A DNA stretch of 63,316 nt, the filler included, from Licmophora abbreviata (lineage: Eukaryota): assembly GCA_900291995.1 (NCBI GenBank). It is 10 parts of 10 records of this genome, joined end to end, with 100 filler letters (N's around TTAATTAATTAA, not from the genome) between each part and the next. Parts side by side here need not be neighbours in the genome. Positions count along the whole stretch, not along the records: positions 23,689 to 36,818 come from OLMU01004860.1; positions 36,919 to 44,443 come from OLMU01004861.1; 8 more parts are not named here. One strand, given 5' to 3'. The number at the start of each line of letters is the position of its first letter. The stretch's first letter is position 1. The notes beneath the pieces were generated by a model. The model searched no databases. It saw only the letters and a list, made by a program, of their open reading frames with translations, and was not told the DNA's origin. Position numbers and translations under genes: made by a program. Below are positions 30,695 through 42,373 of the stretch, piece by piece.

Positions 30695-31570
30695 TTACTC
30701 TTTTTTCTTATTTTGCGCGCGGCGTTTCTTCAAATGTTGGTACATGTCTTTGAAGAAGGTAAAGTAACCGTTTGGGGGCCTAATGAAGAGAATCAAGACT
30801 AGGATTGCCAATCGCTCGATGGCCAAGATGGATTTCAAGCTAATGCGGCCGTCATTGACGACACAAGGTCCCATACCAAACATGAAGCGTTGCCCGAGCC
30901 ATGTCTTGGACCACCAATTGGAGCGAATCAGAGGTTGCAGCATGTTTTGATACTTTGCAAAGACGACGTTCTGGAACCAATGGGAATAGCGATCCGGTAC
31001 ATTTTGCAGCCAGATCAAGTCGGTCCCAAACTGTGGGTCCTGTGAAATGGCGTCCGAGTTGCTGTGAGCATAAATTTGCTGACAGACCGAATTGAGCGTA
31101 ACGTCTTGAGGCCACAGCTGATTTTCCTTCTCAAACAAGTCCGAGCGATCGATGAATTTCTTCATGCCTTGTCTTGAAAGGATGTATGCATGTGCGTATA
31201 CACACTTGACACGCCAGATGGTAGGAAAGGTCTTTTCGTCGACATACATGATGTGCGAGCCGAGGTAGAGAGCTTCAAATTCGGTATCTGATTCCAGAAA
31301 CGTCTTGGCGTCTTTGAAAACTTCTTCATATCCTTCATTGAACAGGACGTCGTCTTCAAAGACGAGAATGGTGTTCAATCCATCGTCGTACGCTTTCTGG
31401 ATCACGGAGCGATGCGAGTCGTAGCAACCGTAGCGACCACCTTTGGGATGACGATCTACCCGATGAAAGTCAACATCCAATCCAGCGGAGGCGAACTGAT
31501 CTTTGGCATGCTTCCAGCGGTCGTCCCGCTCCTTCAGGTTGATACAGACGCGCCGATCAGCAATATTCAT
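30695..31570 (-). CDS. Glycosyltransferase family 25-like protein with C-terminal TM and KKKE tail
   Basis: CINLKERDDRW, GCYDSH, ILVFEDD, LYLG and AHAYILS are GT25 motifs. Confidence 0.85.
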   Translation of the reverse strand: MNIADRRVCINLKERDDRWKHAKDQFASAGLDVDFHRVDRHPKGGRYGCYDSHRSVIQKAYDDGLNTILVFEDDVLFNEGYEEVFKDAKTFLESDTEFEALYLGSHIMYVDEKTFPTIWRVKCVYAHAYILSRQGMKKFIDRSDLFEKENQLWPQDVTLNSVCQQIYAHSNSDAISQDPQFGTDLIWLQNVPDRYSHWFQNVVFAKYQNMLQPLIRSNWWSKTWLGQRFMFGMGPCVVNDGRISLKSILAIERLAILVLILFIRPPNGYFTFFKDMYQHLKKRRAQNKKKE

Positions 31571-32210
31571 GGTCAGTCAATGGCTCTAAGTCAAGTCTTT
31601 CCTTGTTTACACAATCAATGGTGACGCGGTGCCCCCAATGCCATGCTCTCGATGAGTGTGTGGCATGTGATATTTTTTATTTTTGACTTTTGACTTTTTC
31701 GATTGTTTCCCGCCCAAATTTCGATTACCGATCATGCTCATAAAAGGCAATGAGTATTATCAATGCTGACCCGACTCTAAAAATCCGTTGAGATAATTAT
31801 TTATATCTTCATAAATATATACTATTTACTCTCTTCAACACGAATGACTGACTAGACCTGTCACACTTTAATCACTTCAGGACGAACTTTGGTTTGTCCA
31901 TGCTTTCCTCACACGCCCGATCAGTGTGGAGATGGTAGTCTAACCCTTGAAAGTCGCCGAAACTCAGGGACATGGTACTCTAGAGGATAAGCGGCAGTGG
32001 TAGTCGCGTTTGCCTCGATCTCGCATTTCACTTTCCCATACTCAATGCTAACTTGAAATCTCCAAAAATTACAAAGCTTCTAATTCAAATTTCTAAGCGC
32101 CGCTCAAACGCACAGAACCCCATTTGGGGTCCCGCAACTCAGGGTCGTGTTTTGGATTCCACGCACACGAGAGTGTCCTAAAGAACTCGCCTCCCACTAG
32201 GTGACTCAGT

Positions 32211-34034
32211 TTACGGCAACGGCACGTCAAAGATACGCGCCGGGGACGGAACTCCGTTCGAGTCAATCACGTTGATATACCACAAGCCCACAATAGCAAC
32301 GTTCGGTCCAGGGAGCCATACTTTGATTGCCGTTCCACCGTCGACAACCTTAAAGTCAAGATTGAGCCATCGCCCATCGCAGTTTCGAGCATGCGTCATG
32401 GATCCGGGCTTGGTAGCTGTCACCTTGACAATATCAGCAGGGTTGTTGGCAACGGTGATGCGATAGGCCCTTCCAGCCAGCATAGTTTTGGGCCAACTTT
32501 CAATCGTGGGACGTGCCGCCCAACCATTGGGCGAATCCGGATCAAACAAGTACGAAGGATAGTATATTTGTCCGTTTGCATTCTGGATCGGGCCTGGTGC
32601 TCCTCCGCCGGCGGAAAAGAGCGACCCGTCAGTCAGAGTTAGACCCGACGAATGGTAGAGCCGCCCCAGGGCTTGCTCTGGACCATCAAAGACCGTGTTA
32701 CTAATGGGATCCCAGATCTGAATACCCTTCACAGCCAGGCTCAAGGAAAGGTCCGATGACCCGGTGAGGAGGCCGTCGACTTCATCCGAGCCACCGTTGA
32801 TGGCGACACGTCCGTCTGGCAGAAACGTCATGACGGAGTTGACGCGCCTCTTGCCGAGATCCACCTTCTTTGTAAAGATGGGGTTGGAGGCATCCGAAAT
32901 GTCGATCGTCCAGAGCCAGCCGTCGCCGTCCAACACAAGAACCTGGTCCACATCGTACATGAGCGACGGTCCCAGTTTGTGGGAGGGGAATGGCCTTTTG
33001 GCGACTTTTTCAATTCTCCCAAAGCCTTGGACGCTGACCTTGTAAGCGTCCGAGTTGAAGGCATCCGCAATCATGAGAAAGATCTCAGCCTTGGAGTTGA
33101 CGTACAAGTAAGGATACCACCATGCAGCTTGGCCTTCCCGGACAACAGCTAGACGATCCTTCATGGCAGGAATGTTGGCACCCCACAGGGACTTCCAACC
33201 AGTGACGGGGTCAAAGAGTTCCGGGACTGAACTGGCGAGGCCGAGAATATTGGACATGCCACCACAGATAAAGATACGTCCATCCGGCAGGTTGATACTG
33301 GACCCGTACCATCTCGAGAACTGCATCGGACCCAGCGGATGAGTTTCTATCTTTTGAGTTTGAATATTGAACTCCAAGACGTCATTGACACCTCGGCAGT
33401 CGTTCGTGACATTGTCTGTCCCGCCCATGAGCATAATATTGCCCGTCGACACGTCGGTGGACATGGTGGTACAAAAGATGTTGACTCCAGTGTCTTGCGT
33501 CATGTACTCGTGATTCTCTCCGAGCATATGGTCGCCGGTTTCCGTGTCCCAGACTTCGTATCCTCGGATGGGAACAGTCAGTTCTTCACTTGCACCGAAG
33601 CTGAGGACATTGCCATCAGGCAGTATATTGGCATGAATCGGAATCACTTCCATATCGAATACATCGCCCCATCTTCCTAAGGAGTCGTCGAGGCACAGGT
33701 GGCATGCCACCGGGCAGAAGTGGCGAACCCAGGGCTTGGTCTGGCAGGTTTCCGCCAGGACGGAGCGGTCCAGCTTGGAGAACTCTTCACAGGTCACTCG
33801 TTCTGGATAGCCCTTGGGCTTGAAAGTCTCTTTTTCGTCGTCCACGCAGTTCTTCTTTTGCAGCGAACGACGACGAGATCCTGGGGTGTCGTTCCGTCTG
33901 TCGTCCAGAGTCAGGCGAAGCTTCGTACTGAAAGAGGTGCCGGCAGAAAGCATGCCGTCGTGTACAGCGAGAACCACGAGCGCAACGACGACGACTCCGA
34001 GGAGCGCCAGAGACAAGGCGCGAGGAAAGCTCAT
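32211..34034 (-). CDS. Galactose oxidase-like copper radical oxidase (AA5; kelch plus C-terminal Ig-like domain)
   Basis: Signal anchor and ShK-like Cys motif, then PIHA..LPDG, IFC (Cys), RWY, WWYP (Tyr), RLYHS (Tyr-His) and SMTHA (His). All expected Cu/cofactor ligands are present. Confidence 0.9.
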   Translation of the reverse strand: MSFPRALSLALLGVVVVALVVLAVHDGMLSAGTSFSTKLRLTLDDRRNDTPGSRRRSLQKKNCVDDEKETFKPKGYPERVTCEEFSKLDRSVLAETCQTKPWVRHFCPVACHLCLDDSLGRWGDVFDMEVIPIHANILPDGNVLSFGASEELTVPIRGYEVWDTETGDHMLGENHEYMTQDTGVNIFCTTMSTDVSTGNIMLMGGTDNVTNDCRGVNDVLEFNIQTQKIETHPLGPMQFSRWYGSSINLPDGRIFICGGMSNILGLASSVPELFDPVTGWKSLWGANIPAMKDRLAVVREGQAAWWYPYLYVNSKAEIFLMIADAFNSDAYKVSVQGFGRIEKVAKRPFPSHKLGPSLMYDVDQVLVLDGDGWLWTIDISDASNPIFTKKVDLGKRRVNSVMTFLPDGRVAINGGSDEVDGLLTGSSDLSLSLAVKGIQIWDPISNTVFDGPEQALGRLYHSSGLTLTDGSLFSAGGGAPGPIQNANGQIYYPSYLFDPDSPNGWAARPTIESWPKTMLAGRAYRITVANNPADIVKVTATKPGSMTHARNCDGRWLNLDFKVVDGGTAIKVWLPGPNVAIVGLWYINVIDSNGVPSPARIFDVPLP

Positions 34035-34636
34035 GGGGGTGGCAATGCTTGAGACTAAAAATGAGTCTCAATGCGAACTATCGAACCGTGGATGAATTTG
34101 GAGTTTGTACGAGTACGAGTAGTACCGGTATCATATCGTACCTGGTAGAGTGGATAGTGATGTGGTCGTCGATTGCCCACGCAGCGCGATTGAGATTCTT
34201 CACAGAAAGCTGTGTGACGGTGCGCGGTCGTGCAAAATTTGCGACACTGCCTATCCGTTGGACAGCAGATCTGTCAATATAGATTTACGGTCATGAGGGT
34301 TGATATACCCTCTGCAACATCTGCATAACATTGCAACATACACATTTATTCGAACTTACCAAAGACCACTCAAAGAATGGTTGGGAGACATGAATTAGTG
34401 TTTAGTCTCCCTGCACTTTAGAGAGATGGCAGCATTCTCCTGTTGCCTACTTTTAGAAGCGACGAACGACGTAGACTGCCCCTGAACGAATCGAGGGATG
34501 ACTTGATCAATCCATCCAACAGAGCATACTCGTAGTCGAGTTATTTAGGTTATTCTTTGTAGTGTGTACTTCTGTCTCATCCAAGACCGGAGCTCACTAC
34601 ACTTAGGTTGTTCCAGGATATGTTGACATTCACTCA

Positions 34637-36634
34637 TCACTGACTTTTCGGGTTCAGCCGCTTCATGAGGATAAACATCGAAACGAGGCGGTAGCCTACA
34701 ATGAGCACGCAGAGATAGCCAATGTTCTTCCATTTGTTCTCGGTCTTGAAGGAGAATGAGTCAAGCACCACTTCTCCGAGCTCTCCTTCGTTTTCGTAGA
34801 TCGTAATCATGACGGACTCGAATCCGTACCGAAAATAAGAAAGGTACGAGATCCAAGCAAACCACGGATCAATGTCGTCCAAATTGACAAAGAAGCCACC
34901 GAAAATCATCAGCGGCATGACTAAGAGAGGAGCCAGCGCCAGAGCAGAACTGATAGAGTTTGCAAGGGATCCGACCATGTAGCCATGACTCGCAGACGCC
35001 ATTGCTGTCAACACGATAGTCAGGGCGAACTCAAAGAAAATCCTTGTGCCTCTCCCTCCCAGGCCAATGAGGAAGTAAAATATTGTAGCGAAAACCACCG
35101 GCACGAGCACTTGGAAGATGCCTTCCGTGCAGTACTTCGACGCTACATACGCCGTCACGGAGTACGAGCTGGCGGCAGTCTCTCTCAATATAATCGGCCT
35201 TTCGAATGGCACCATGGCGGCAATGCCAAATCCCAGAAACCCCTGCTGCATTACCGAAAAGAAGAGTGCACCATTGACAGTCAGGATTCTGTCGGTTTCG
35301 ATTGGATATTCCCCAACCATGAGGTACATTATGCCCACAACACAGGCCGTGACGACCGTATTTGTTAGCTGTAGTCTTCCCACGGCGGCGTCTCTCCAGT
35401 ATCCAAGCGCCACCCGACTCATGAGCTCGCTAAGCTGTGTACACCAGGACGCAGCAAATTCCTTTCTCTCAAAACGGAAGGCCTTCTCCTGCTTGAAATC
35501 TTCGAGACGCAGATTCTGCGCCGCTGTCGTTCCCTCCCAATCAGCCAAGACTCCGTCCTTTCCTTCGTCGCTGAGGAGGCGAATGTAGAAATCCGATGGG
35601 TTGACGAATGCGGGCAGGCTTCGGCCCGTCGAGGCAAAGTAGTCTAGGGCGTCCTCAGCCCTTCCAGAATACGCTGTTCTCCCCTTGGAGAGAAGGTGCA
35701 CATGTGAGAAGGCTGAGAATACATAGGAAGAGGGCTGATGGATGGACGCCACGACCGTGTGCCCCGCTTGCGCAAGGTCCCTGAGTTTCATGACGACCGA
35801 TTCTGCCATGACGCTGTCAAGCCCAGTGGTGGCCTCGTCTGCGAAAATGATGCTGGGCTTCCCGATAAGCTCCGTCGCTAGACTGAGCCTCTTTTTCTCA
35901 CCGCCTGAGATCCGTCCCTTCACCTTGGAAAAGCCGCCACCAATGGGAGTATCCGCGCACGAGTCCAGTTCCAGCTCGGAAATGACCTCACTGACTCTTT
36001 CGTACACGTCTTCCTGTGAGGAGTCATCCATTCGGAGCGTGGCAGCAAAGAGGAGGTGCTCGCGTGGCGTAATGTGAGGGAAGAACATATCTTCCTGCTC
36101 GACAAAGCACATGAAAGCCCGACTGGCCGCTGAAGGGGGCTTGCCGTTGAAGAGAACTGTTCCTTCGAACGTCGACCTGCGACCGGAGAGGACCCTCAGC
36201 AAGCTCGTCTTTCCACTCCCTGAAGGTCCGATGAGCGCCACGAGGTCGCCAGGATCAGCTTTCCCCGCTGCATCTTGTAGTAGGTGCTTCTCCTTCTTGG
36301 TTTTGAAGTCTTCGACCGACAAGGAGAGGTCGTAGCGAAGACTGACTGGCATGGGGGCTCCGACTCGCGCAGCCATCAGTCCCGCTTCCTCGGATTTGAG
36401 AGGCATCGTCGGACTGTCGAGCTGCTTGACGGCCTTCGTGTCCTCCAGAGTCATCTCCACGTCAGGAACTGCAATGGGAGAAAAGTCATATCTACGGGTA
36501 CTTCGGGTCGAAGAAGGAGGAGGCGGCAGGTCGTCCACGCTCTGGTCGGTCTGGTCGCCAAACGGATACAGATTCCAGGACAGCAGGAAGTCATTGATGC
36601 CCTGTTCGCCCTGATGCACGGATCTCCTCTTCAT
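34637..36634 (-). CDS. ABCG (White-like) half transporter
   Basis: Walker A GPSGSGKT, signature ISGGEKKR, Walker B FADEATTGLD, SIHQP, followed by a six-helix TMD (NBD-TMD order). Confidence 0.95.
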   Translation of the reverse strand: MKRRSVHQGEQGINDFLLSWNLYPFGDQTDQSVDDLPPPPSSTRSTRRYDFSPIAVPDVEMTLEDTKAVKQLDSPTMPLKSEEAGLMAARVGAPMPVSLRYDLSLSVEDFKTKKEKHLLQDAAGKADPGDLVALIGPSGSGKTSLLRVLSGRRSTFEGTVLFNGKPPSAASRAFMCFVEQEDMFFPHITPREHLLFAATLRMDDSSQEDVYERVSEVISELELDSCADTPIGGGFSKVKGRISGGEKKRLSLATELIGKPSIIFADEATTGLDSVMAESVVMKLRDLAQAGHTVVASIHQPSSYVFSAFSHVHLLSKGRTAYSGRAEDALDYFASTGRSLPAFVNPSDFYIRLLSDEGKDGVLADWEGTTAAQNLRLEDFKQEKAFRFERKEFAASWCTQLSELMSRVALGYWRDAAVGRLQLTNTVVTACVVGIMYLMVGEYPIETDRILTVNGALFFSVMQQGFLGFGIAAMVPFERPIILRETAASSYSVTAYVASKYCTEGIFQVLVPVVFATIFYFLIGLGGRGTRIFFEFALTIVLTAMASASHGYMVGSLANSISSALALAPLLVMPLMIFGGFFVNLDDIDPWFAWISYLSYFRYGFESVMITIYENEGELGEVVLDSFSFKTENKWKNIGYLCVLIVGYRLVSMFILMKRLNPKSQ

Positions 36635-36929
36635 CCCAAGTCGTTTGTCCAGCGTCAATGTGAACCTGAAGCTCGTAGACTACAGTGCTGGAGGGTGATG
36701 AGTGCGCCAATGATGATGAAGAGGCACACCCACAAACGGAAATTCTGTCTTGGTGTCGGTCGTGTGTGTCGTCGTCTGTGGGAACGGATGTTGTGCGTTG
36801 ATGAACGTCGGCCGTTGCNNNNNNNNNNNNNNNNNNNNNNNNNNNNNNNNNNNNNNNNNNNNTTAATTAATTAANNNNNNNNNNNNNNNNNNNNNNNNNN
36901 NNNNNNNNNNNNNNNNNNCACTTTGAAAT

Positions 36930-38276
36930 TTGGCGCGCTCAAACTTCCAACTAGGGGACTTGAAACTGCGACCATACGACGCCGTCGAGGACGACGATGA
37001 TGATGTGCCCAGAGCGCCTTCAAAGCACAGAACGTACCGGATCTTGATCTTGGTAGAGAGTATCCGAGCCCTCATGAGACAGCAACGTGTTTCTCCCTGT
37101 TGCATTTCCCGATGTGACCTCAAATATCTGCTGACTGGGACGATTTTGTACGGGCTCACCGCGATCCTGGTACAGTTTTGTAAAGGGGGCCCACTCTCAG
37201 ACGCCGTGTTTTCCTTTTTCTTCTTTCCTTCGCCACCCACCGGACTCTCCCCTGAACTCCTGAATACTACTAGTGGGACACACCGCTGTCAGTTACTGTA
37301 TAAGGACCTATCTCGAGCAGAGTATCGCTCATCGGCGCACATGCCGCATGTTCTGGCCTGGGTAGCGGGATGTTGGGCCTGGCTCGATGCGCACAACAAA
37401 ACTCCTACTACTACTACTACTACTACTACCGGTAGCGAGCTTGACAGGGATGGAATAATGGAACTCGATGCCACCCTCTTTCGACGCTTTATCGAACGAC
37501 CCAACTATCAATGGAATCAAGCCTTCTTTGAGGCATTGCGTCTTCCGATTGCCGTTGCAACGACTGCCGCCGGTAGTAGTGGTGATATCTCGCTCTCTTG
37601 GCCATCACAAGAACACCCTCAGTACTACAAACGACCCTTTGGTAATCTCTCGTGGTTTGGACGCGTCGGACCCTGTCATACAATGCGACTGCAGCTGTGG
37701 AAGTCTCTTGGACTCTCGCCACAACCACAACAACCCGGAAGAAAACTTCCAAGGTTTCATATTGGCATTCTCGATCGGGCGTCGAGCAGGCGCATCGTAG
37801 GAGCCAAGGGGCTCTCCGAAGAGTTGCAGGACTCCCAAGACACGAACGTTTCCTTTCAAGTCTTTACGGACCAGCACTCTCTGGCAGTACAAGCGGAGTG
37901 GTTCATGACGCAAGACTTGATCATACTGGCGCACGGTGCGGCGCTTTCCAATGTCCTCTTTATGCGGCCCAATACGTACGTTCTGGAACTCTTTCCGCGT
38001 TACTTTTGTTTCAACATGTTTCGGTCTCTCTCGGAGCAGTGCGAGGTGCATCATCGTTTGTATTATGATGGAGCGAGTGGTCAAGCGCAAGTAGAATTCA
38101 AGGAGCACTTTCACGAACGAGGAAAGAGGCGCAACAAGGACATTACAATATCGTTGGAAGAACTGAAGGGACGAATAGAGAATATACGTGATGAGATGTA
38201 CTCGAATCCACCTAGTAGTGAGCATTGGGGAACGGATGGGCCGCTCGTCTATGATCCATTCGATTGCTCATCGTAG
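36930..38276 (+). CDS. Glycosyltransferase family 61-like protein (start uncertain, near gap)
   Basis: N-terminal TM, HMPH, ILDRASSRRI, Q..WF...DLIILAHGAALSNVLFM...VLELFP. Confidence 0.8.
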   Translation: MARSNFQLGDLKLRPYDAVEDDDDDVPRAPSKHRTYRILILVESIRALMRQQRVSPCCISRCDLKYLLTGTILYGLTAILVQFCKGGPLSDAVFSFFFFPSPPTGLSPELLNTTSGTHRCQLLYKDLSRAEYRSSAHMPHVLAWVAGCWAWLDAHNKTPTTTTTTTTGSELDRDGIMELDATLFRRFIERPNYQWNQAFFEALRLPIAVATTAAGSSGDISLSWPSQEHPQYYKRPFGNLSWFGRVGPCHTMRLQLWKSLGLSPQPQQPGRKLPRFHIGILDRASSRRIVGAKGLSEELQDSQDTNVSFQVFTDQHSLAVQAEWFMTQDLIILAHGAALSNVLFMRPNTYVLELFPRYFCFNMFRSLSEQCEVHHRLYYDGASGQAQVEFKEHFHERGKRRNKDITISLEELKGRIENIRDEMYSNPPSSEHWGTDGPLVYDPFDCSS

Positions 38277-38600
38277 CGATATGCTGTCATATAACTACAT
38301 ATTGTTGTACTGTATAAGAAAGACATTTGTGCTGTCAGCTAAAGGGGGTCCTGATCGCATTGCTTGAATGTTCCAGACAGGCGCACTGAAGATTGATCCT
38401 GTACCGGAACAGGTACCTGTAACAGGAAATTGGGGACGACAGGGCCCCTGGTGACTGTGTTAGAAACGTATTCCCCATCCAAGCCCGAACATGCCTACTT
38501 TGTTGCTGTACCATGCCTGGTAGATAGACCTACCCCACACGGATCCATTGGAAGCCAGGGGAGTTACACTGTCTAGTTTAGAAGTATCACCACCGTTCCT

Positions 38601-41600
38601 TTACACCCAGACGTCTTCCACATCCTTAGTATCAAACCGTTGACCACAGGCCGGACATTTGCGGTTGCGATTCTTGATGTTTTCATCGATACATTCCTTG
38701 CAAAACATATGCCGACATCGCATAATCATGACATTCTTTTCTCTCTCATTGCACACACCGCACGTGACTCGACCCTTCAACATGGTCAAGAACTGTATCA
38801 GCTCCTCTTGTGTGAACCCGGAATACGCACCGGCCCCGCCCTTGGCTCCCTGCGATTTCCGCAGTTGGCCAATCTTGCTCGATGCCTCGGACGCTTCACG
38901 CTGTGACACTGCCAACGTTTCCATCAACTTTTGTTTTTCTTCTTCCTGCTTGGTCGATTCAGCGGCGAGTTCCTCGCAACGACCCGTTGCCTGACTAGCG
39001 CTTTGTTTCAAATTCGCCATTTCGGCCTTGGTCTGTGACAATGCCCCCTCGGCTGTCTCTCTCGCATGTTGTAAGCCATCACACTGCTGTTCCAGCCCCT
39101 TGATCTTTTCTGTCAGCGCCTATGAAACAAAATCGAATGCGGCCGTACACGTGAGACGTGAGGCGGCGGAAAACACAGTTTCCAGCAACAACAAAAAACC
39201 GCAAACACGTACATCTTGTTCTTTCAACAACTCTTCAGAAACACGATCCTTTGCATTGGTCGCAAGTCTCGATGCAAGAGCCAGTTGTTCAGCACTTTTC
39301 GATTGCTGCTCCAGTAGGCCCTTTTCTGTGGTAAGCTGCTCTGTCATGTGTTTCAGGTGCAGTATGGTGGAGAGTGATTTCGCGTTCATGTCGTCCTTTT
39401 CTGCACTTTGCTTTATCAGTCGCGAGTTCGTCTTCATGAGGGAATCCCGTTCTTTCTCAGCTCGCTACGCGCAGACGACGTTCCAGATAAAGGTGCAAGG
39501 TCAGTTGATTCACAGAAACTCACCAGCTGCTCCATACCAACAGCCGCGTTTTGGAAACTCACCAATTGCTTCTCCTTCGCATTCTCTTTACTAAGCAGCG
39601 CAGCCGCGAGTTCCTTCTTCATGCGTCTATGTTCCTTTTGAAGCTTTTCACTCCTTTCCGCGGATAACGGGGTGTGCGTCGGCGTCTTTGATGATGGGGT
39701 ATTCAATGAAGCAAGGTCGGACGAGGATCGTGCTGCGCTCTTGTTGGCCACAAGCGCAGCATTCTTGACTTTGAACTCTTCCAACTTTCCCTGCAGAAAA
39801 TCATTCATCCGATGGGCTTCCTCCAGAGATGTTCGGACAGTATCAGCCTGTCGTACATTTTCGAGAGCCTGCTTCAATTTGTGTTCCAGCTCCACGATAC
39901 GCTTCGCCTGAACCTCAGGATTCGCAATGTCGTTGGTGTCTGCTTCTCCATTCCCATTTTCGCCCCTATTGTCGCCCGTTAGTTCCATCCATCGTTTCTG
40001 AAACTTGCTCAAGTGATCCTCCAGCGTCTTGGTGGCCAGATCCGCATCGCCCTTGACGGTAGCATATTTTTCGAGCGTCTCCTGAAGCTTCGATCTCACC
40101 TCATTCAACTGCCTACTGGCAGTCGCCAGTTGTGTCGCAGTCTCCGTGTACAACGACGAACGCCGAATGTCCTCATCTGAGAACGATGATATCGCATCAG
40201 ATGAACCAACTTTGGCAACCGACAGGCCATTGATTCGCTTTAGTAAACTCTCCCGCTCTTGCAGCAACTAACGAGGATAAAAAAATCAAAAACACATAAT
40301 CATGAGCCACAGCGAGGAAAAGACCCAAACACACGGCGTTTTCCTCCCTCTTTATCACGTACTTGTGCAATTTGATTTTCCCGGCTCGATGCAATTTCTT
40401 CCACATCCTGCAGTTGTTTCTTGACTTGAGCCACTTGCGCCACATCCACTGCTTCTCTTTGGTCGCTTCCCTCTTCTTCTTTCACGGCTTTACTACTTGT
40501 AGCTCTTTCACCTTGTTGTTCCATTTCTTCTGCTTCCGCCATGGCAGCCATGGTATTGTCATCCTCGAGTTCGACTGCCTTGAGCACTTCTGGCAGTTGC
40601 ATACGTCCCGCCGCAAGTCGATAAAGCCCTCGTCGTACTCGACGATCCGATTCCACCGCTTCGTCTTTGGTAACAGCCAATTCGGCAATCCGCGTTTCGG
40701 CATCCTGTAGTTGAGAGCGCAATGACACGGCCTGGCCATGCAATGCTGCAATTCGTTGTTGATGCGAGTCATCGTCGGCAGTAGAAGATGTTGATGTCGT
40801 AGCAGCAGAAGTCGCATGATGAGTCAAGGCCTTTTGAATCCATTCTTGCAAGGTTGCGACCCGCTTGGACAGGACCGCAGCGCCGTGCGAGAGATCCTGT
40901 GTTGCTGTCGCCGTATTCTCATTGGATGACCCGTTGTTGTTGTTGTTGCCGTTGACTGTGGCCAGGGCCGTCAAGGAATTTTTCAAGACAGTGACAAGTT
41001 CGACACTGTCTCCTACTCCGGTGCTCCTCGACATGGAATCTGTTCCGGGAACCTCTGCAGCTGCTACTGATGATGACTGTGTGCAAGAAGACAATACGAG
41101 TGACAAAATAAGGATGAGAATACGCTTTGTCAAACCAAGAGTTTGTCATGGACGAAATTGTACAAAACCTAGTGCACCTATATGCATGCACACCTCGTTC
41201 GTACCTCCTCATTGCTCCTCCCGCTACTCTCCATGAGTGTCACTTCCATTTCCGTCCAGGACTGATTCAAAGCATACAAGGCATCAATCGCTTGTCGACA
41301 TTGAGATCGACGCGTATCCCGTTCCTTTTCCAAGAGTCGCATCTGATACTGTAAACTCTTGAGTTCACTGGAGAGTGCGCGATTCTGATGCTTGAGGTAA
41401 AAGGAAGAAGACTCGTCGTCGTCTGTTGTAGTCATGGCTTGACTACTGCGTTGTCGTTTCATTGTGGGTTTAGGGGATGATGAGGGCCTTCGGGCAGTAG
41501 AAGGGGGAGGAATCTGGATACGACCGGGACCTCCTCCAGCAGCTGCTGGTGTTGCGCTCGATTGGGTCTGCGGTACTACTGGCGCTGGAGTGGTCGTTGT

Positions 41601-41777
41601 GGTAGCAGTACTCTCCTCACCATCACGTCGAGCCGCCACTGTAGGTTCTGTAAGACGAGGGATCTTGAGAGGAGGCGACGAGGCTCGCGATCCTGCTGTG
41701 TCGTCGTCGGGTGCGGATGTCGAGACAACACCAGGACCGCCCTGTTGTTTGGCACGTTCAGCGAGTGCTCTCTTCAT
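38601..41777 (-). CDS. BRE1: E3 ubiquitin ligase BRE1/HUB1-like, multi-exon
   Basis: FYLKHQNRAL N-terminal motif, long coiled coils over several exons, C-terminal RING CGVC...CRHMFCKEC...RNRKCPACG. Confidence 0.88.
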
Positions 41778-42373
41778 CTTCTTCCCAAAAAAGGCTTCAC
41801 TGCTTCTGAAATTCAATTCTTTTCAAATTCTCGCACTCTTGATATAGATTTGATCTTCCTATGAGACGCACATGTGAAGAAGAGACCGAAACAGAGAGAA
41901 AAATCAGAACAAGGTTCGACGACGGTTGTACCGGTAGCTTCCGTTTCGTCTTTGGAGGTGTACTATAACTCCAAACTGCTGTGTGTGTGAACCAGACTCA
42001 ATCCTTCGTAGAAATCAGTACACTTTCAACGGAAGGAGTTCATTTCAAAGATCATCTTGGAGGGAATTGGGAGTGGGCTATGAGCTTGTTTGATGCCACG
42101 TGGAGACAATTGTGGAGCTTTGGTGTCTGGCCGTCGCGAGCACTTTTCTTGGGTTTCTCAAACTTCAAACTTTGCTTCGTTGATGATTGATCCATGCCAT
42201 GCTGATTGATCTACCACGGTTGTGTACTATATTGGAGCATAGGCAAAGTAGAAACACAAGGAGCTTATGCAATTTGTCATCTTATAAGTAGTATCATTAC
42301 ACAATGTACATGCAAACCGCCTTTCTTGCAAAACACACGCACGAAATCCTCCATTCTTGCGTTGTTCTCCTCT

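Noticed and set aside
37405..37430. (CTA)n, (TCT)n and similar trinucleotide runs (also about 115-133, 544-563, 28024-28043)
   Set aside because: Ordinary coding microsatellites giving poly-Thr, poly-Ser or poly-Glu.
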